A DNA stretch of 63,181 nucleotides, counting the filler, from Thraustochytrium aureum (Eukaryota): the NCBI GenBank assembly GCA_012862495.1. It is 7 parts of 5 records of this genome, joined end to end, with 100 filler letters (N's around TTAATTAATTAA, not from the genome) between each part and the next. Parts side by side here need not be neighbours in the genome. Positions count along the whole stretch, not along the records: positions 59,984 to 61,450 come from BLSG01000098.1; positions 61,551 to 63,181 come from BLSG01000098.1; 5 more parts are not named here. One strand, written 5' to 3'. The translations under genes were made by a program, and so were the position numbers. This document shows, one piece after another, positions 59,984 to 63,181 of the stretch. How positions within the stretch are numbered: position 1 is the first letter of the stretch; each line of letters opens with the position of its first letter. The notes beneath the pieces were generated by a model. That model was not told the DNA's origin. It did not search any database and saw nothing but the letters and a program-made list of their open reading frames with translations.

Positions 59984-61450
59984 TGGTCTTCGCCAGGACT
60001 TGCGTCTTGGAGAAGGAGCCCGAGCGACGGCGGCCTGCGCCTTCGCCAGACGACGGTAGGCCCCCCGAAGGCTGCCACGGTGGTGGTGGCCGTGGTGACC
60101 ACTACTTGCGCCGCTGGCACCTCCGCGTCCGAAGGGGCGCGAGAACCCCCCGCCAGGGGTATTGGCGCTGTGGCCCGGCTTGGCGCGGCTCTGTCGTTCC
60201 TCGCGCTCGCGCTTGCGCTTGGCCTTGACCTCGAACTCGTGCAAGCCGTCGCCGGCAAGGCGAGGGAGGTCCTCGGGGTTGCAGGGAATGCTATCATTCC
60301 AGAAAAAGTCGTGGTCAAGAGCGGCGGCCGCGGTGATGCGTTTGCGCGGGTCAAGGACCAGGAACTGCTTGAGCAGGTCGAGCGCGAGAGGGTCCATCCA
60401 GCTGAAGCGCTTGTCGAGCACGCTCTCGTGCTTTTCCGGTTTCATCCGCTTGAACCCGGCGGTCTGCGAGACGCCAGGCCAGGTCTCCTCGGTGGGCGTG
60501 CCACATAGCTCGAAAATGCGCTTGAGCTGGTCTAGCTCGTTGGTGCCCGGGAGAATGGAGCCGCGCCCGAGCAGTTCAGCAAAGATGCAGCCCACGGCCC
60601 AGACGTCGATCGCGGTCGAGTAGTGCTGAACGCCGAGAAGGAGTTCTGGCGCGCGGTACCAAAGCGTGACCACTTTGGTCGTGTACCGCTTGGTTGTTTT
60701 CTTCAGCGACCGGGCCAGGCCCCAGTCGGCAATCTTGAGCTTTGAATCGTTGCTCACCAGTATGTTGGCCGCCTTGAGATCGCGGTGCACGATGCGATTC
60801 GTGTGGCAGTAATGGATTCCCTCGAGCATCTGCTTCATGTAGCACTTGACGTACGCGTTCGACAGCGCCTGGTCACGGTTCTCCAGAATGCCCGTCAAGT
60901 CGTTGTCCAGGTACTCTAGCACCATGTACACGGCTCCCAGGTTGGCCTCGTCAAGGGTGGCGGAGGAGGGCACAATCTCCTTTAGGTCCAGCACATTCTT
61001 GTGCCGCAGCTGCTGCATGATCTTCATCTCGCGCAGGGCCGTCACGGGGTAGCCCTCCCGCCCGTCGAGTACAAGGAGCTTCTTTAGCGCAACGATCTCG
61101 CCGCTCTTCCGATCGCGGGCCTTGTATACTTCGCCATAAGTGCCGAGGCCGACCTGCCGGATGATATCGTACGCCTCAACTGTTTTATGAAAGCCCCGCT
61201 CAGATCGCGCGGCGCACGATTCGGTTCCGCTGTAGGTGCTGAGAAAGTCGAGCGCCTGCGAGATCGCTTGTCGCGCTGCGTCCGGGTCGACCGCCAGTCC
61301 GCCGTCCTCGCTCGAACTCTCGCGAACCTGCTCGGACGGCGAGTTGGCGCCAGTGCCTCGTTTCAACGAGGCCTTGTCGCCGCTCTCCCGGTCGCCGCCG
61401 TCCAAGGCGTCCTCCTTGCACCCATTCTGCGCGCTTCGCGCAAGCAAGCC
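59984..61450 (-). CDS. Cyclin-dependent kinase, CDK9/CDK12/CDKC class (partial at both ends)
   Basis: GLGTYGEV; VALKK; PVTALRE; HRDLKAAN; DWGLAR; YTTKVVTLWYRAPE. Confidence 0.92.
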
Positions 61451-61550
61451 NNNNNNNNNNNNNNNNNNNNNNNNNNNNNNNNNNNNNNNNNNNNTTAATT
61501 AATTAANNNNNNNNNNNNNNNNNNNNNNNNNNNNNNNNNNNNNNNNNNNN

Positions 61551-62259
61551 TGGCCTGCGAGAACGGCACGAGGAGCGGCAGCATGTTGCCCGAGACGCAC
61601 TTCTTGATGCTGTCCTTGGTGAGCTCGCCCTCGCACTTGACCTCCGGCTCCTCGCCCTCAAACTTGCGGAACACGACGACCGAGTCGGCGTCGAGGCCGG
61701 CGCTGAAGGTGGTCGAGATCGCAAAGGCGGCCTCGTCCATGGTCTCGGCGGCGGCGATGTAGGCCTTGGCGGCGGCAGAGTCGGCCGCGCTAAAGTAGCC
61801 GAACACGGTCACGTCGCCGCTCTCCTTGAAAGCAGTCAGGGCGGCCTCGTCGGCGATGTCCTTGGCCGCGGGCCCGGTCTTCTTGCTGATCCAGGCGATG
61901 ATCTCGTCCTTGGTGCGGCCGCCGCCGTATTCGCTGGCCTCGCCGTTCACGATCCACTTGAGGGTGGGGAAGCCCTGCACCTCATACCTGCCCGAGACCT
62001 CCTTGTGCTCAGTGGCGTCCACGGCGACGAGGGACAGGCCGCCCTCGACGGTCTCCCCGGCAAAGTGGGCAGCGGCGAGCTCGTACTCGGGTGCGAGCTT
62101 CTTGCAGTGTCCGCACCACGGGGCGTAAAACTCGGCCAGCACATACTTGTGCTTGGCCACATGGTCGTCAAAGTCCGAGTCCCCGAGGTGCACGACGGCC
62201 TCGCCCAGTGCGGTGGCGGCCACCAGGGCGCCCACGACGGCGGCAAACATGCTCTTCAT
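61551..62259 (-). CDS. PDI: Protein disulfide isomerase (3' partial)
   Basis: Signal peptide; EFYAPWCGHCKKLAPEY; GFPTLK; YGGGRT; followed by a b domain. Confidence 0.95.
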
Positions 62260-63181
62260 CTTCTCTTCGCGCTCTCGCCAATTGGATCTCTCGCGTCCTG
62301 CTCACTCGCTCGCTCGCTCCTGCCTCGCCTTGTCCTTCCTTCGCGTTCGGGGTCTGCCTGCTGCTCTTGCTCCACAAGATACTCGCTCGCCAACAACGGC
62401 CCGACAGCCTGGCACATCCGCGCACTCCCCGCGCGCCACACCTCGCTCGCGTTCCCCTTGCGAATCCGCCCCGCGCGCCCCGCGTCACTACGGCTCACAG
62501 TGTGACGCACGGAGTGCCGCAAAGATATTCCTAGCCGCGTCATTAGCGGGCTGCAGTGACCTGCGGGCCGCCGGAGTGGGCAAGTAAGCTGTGGAAACGC
62601 GGATTTTCGGCGGGGACGCGAGTGGTATGCGGGCAACTGCCAACGTGGCGCAGAGCCACGAATCGTCAGCAACGAGCCTCGTTCCAGCGCGCTGAACGCG
62701 TGGTTTTTATCATTTCGCCACGCTCGCTAGCGCCAATCACGGGGGGGAATCGGGGCGAACGCTTGGATAGACGCGGGCGATTGCCCCCAGCATTGCCGCC
62801 GAGCGACACCGCGTATCGTCGCTCGAACGAACCCACGCCGAATACTTACGTTGCGACGAACGCTGAAGGGTTCTTCCGTCGCCTCTCATGTGTTGCGCTT
62901 TCCATTGTTCGCGTTTCGGTTTCCATTGTTTACGGAATTGGCGGTGACAAAGTCGCTCTCTGCCCCCCTCCTGGGGGATCGGGGGAGGTACAGGTAACGG
63001 GAGGCCCACGGATGACTCATGGAGGCCGAAAAACCAGTCTGTTGACGTCGAGCCGCGGTGGGTCAGGCAGCACCAACAGGGCCGCCTCGCTGCGCCACGG
63101 AGGTGGCTCGCTGGAGGCTCGAGTGGACCATTTTGCTGAGTAGGTAGTCCTGTACTCCAGGTAGGTACCGTATTTCTTTCT

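Noticed and set aside
11052..61506. Six identical TTAATTAATTAA palindromic elements
   Set aside because: Always flanked by equal-length N runs and carrying six-frame stops, so they are artificial linkers. Gene adjacency across them is meaningless.
62300..63181. ORFs upstream of PDI
   Set aside because: No recognisable motifs or coding-like composition; treated as intergenic.

Overview
GC-rich, gene-dense, intron-poor eukaryotic DNA. The gene set (SRP54, MLH1, PXMP4, ITPR-like, ARMC9-like, class I fumarase, SFC1, CDK, PDI) and only two clear GT-AG introns point to a protist, possibly a labyrinthulomycete/thraustochytrid-like stramenopile; the taxon is inference. The window joins seven scaffolds with N-flanked TTAATTAATTAA spacers. 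It has many internal N gaps and frequent 1-2 nt frameshifts, often in homopolymers and also in essential genes, so these are most likely sequencing errors. The most interesting part is the first scaffold (1-11 kb), a candidate innate-immunity or non-self-recognition locus. It holds an NLR-type STAND protein (MLKL-like four-helix N-terminus, NACHT, about 12 WD40 repeats). This lies tail-to-tail with a predicted type I surface protein: signal peptide, 21 WD40 repeats with Tyr/Ser-rich variable loops, Ser/Pro stalk, SEA-like GSVIV domain and TM helix. The 3' end of a further WD40 gene and a Cys-rich, probably GPI-anchored protein flank the pair. A second highlight is a 6TM TVGYG K+ channel with a signal peptide, a ~550-aa predicted ectodomain carrying thrombospondin type-3 Ca2+-binding repeats, and an extra TM helix. 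All family calls come from motif recognition by eye; no searches were run.
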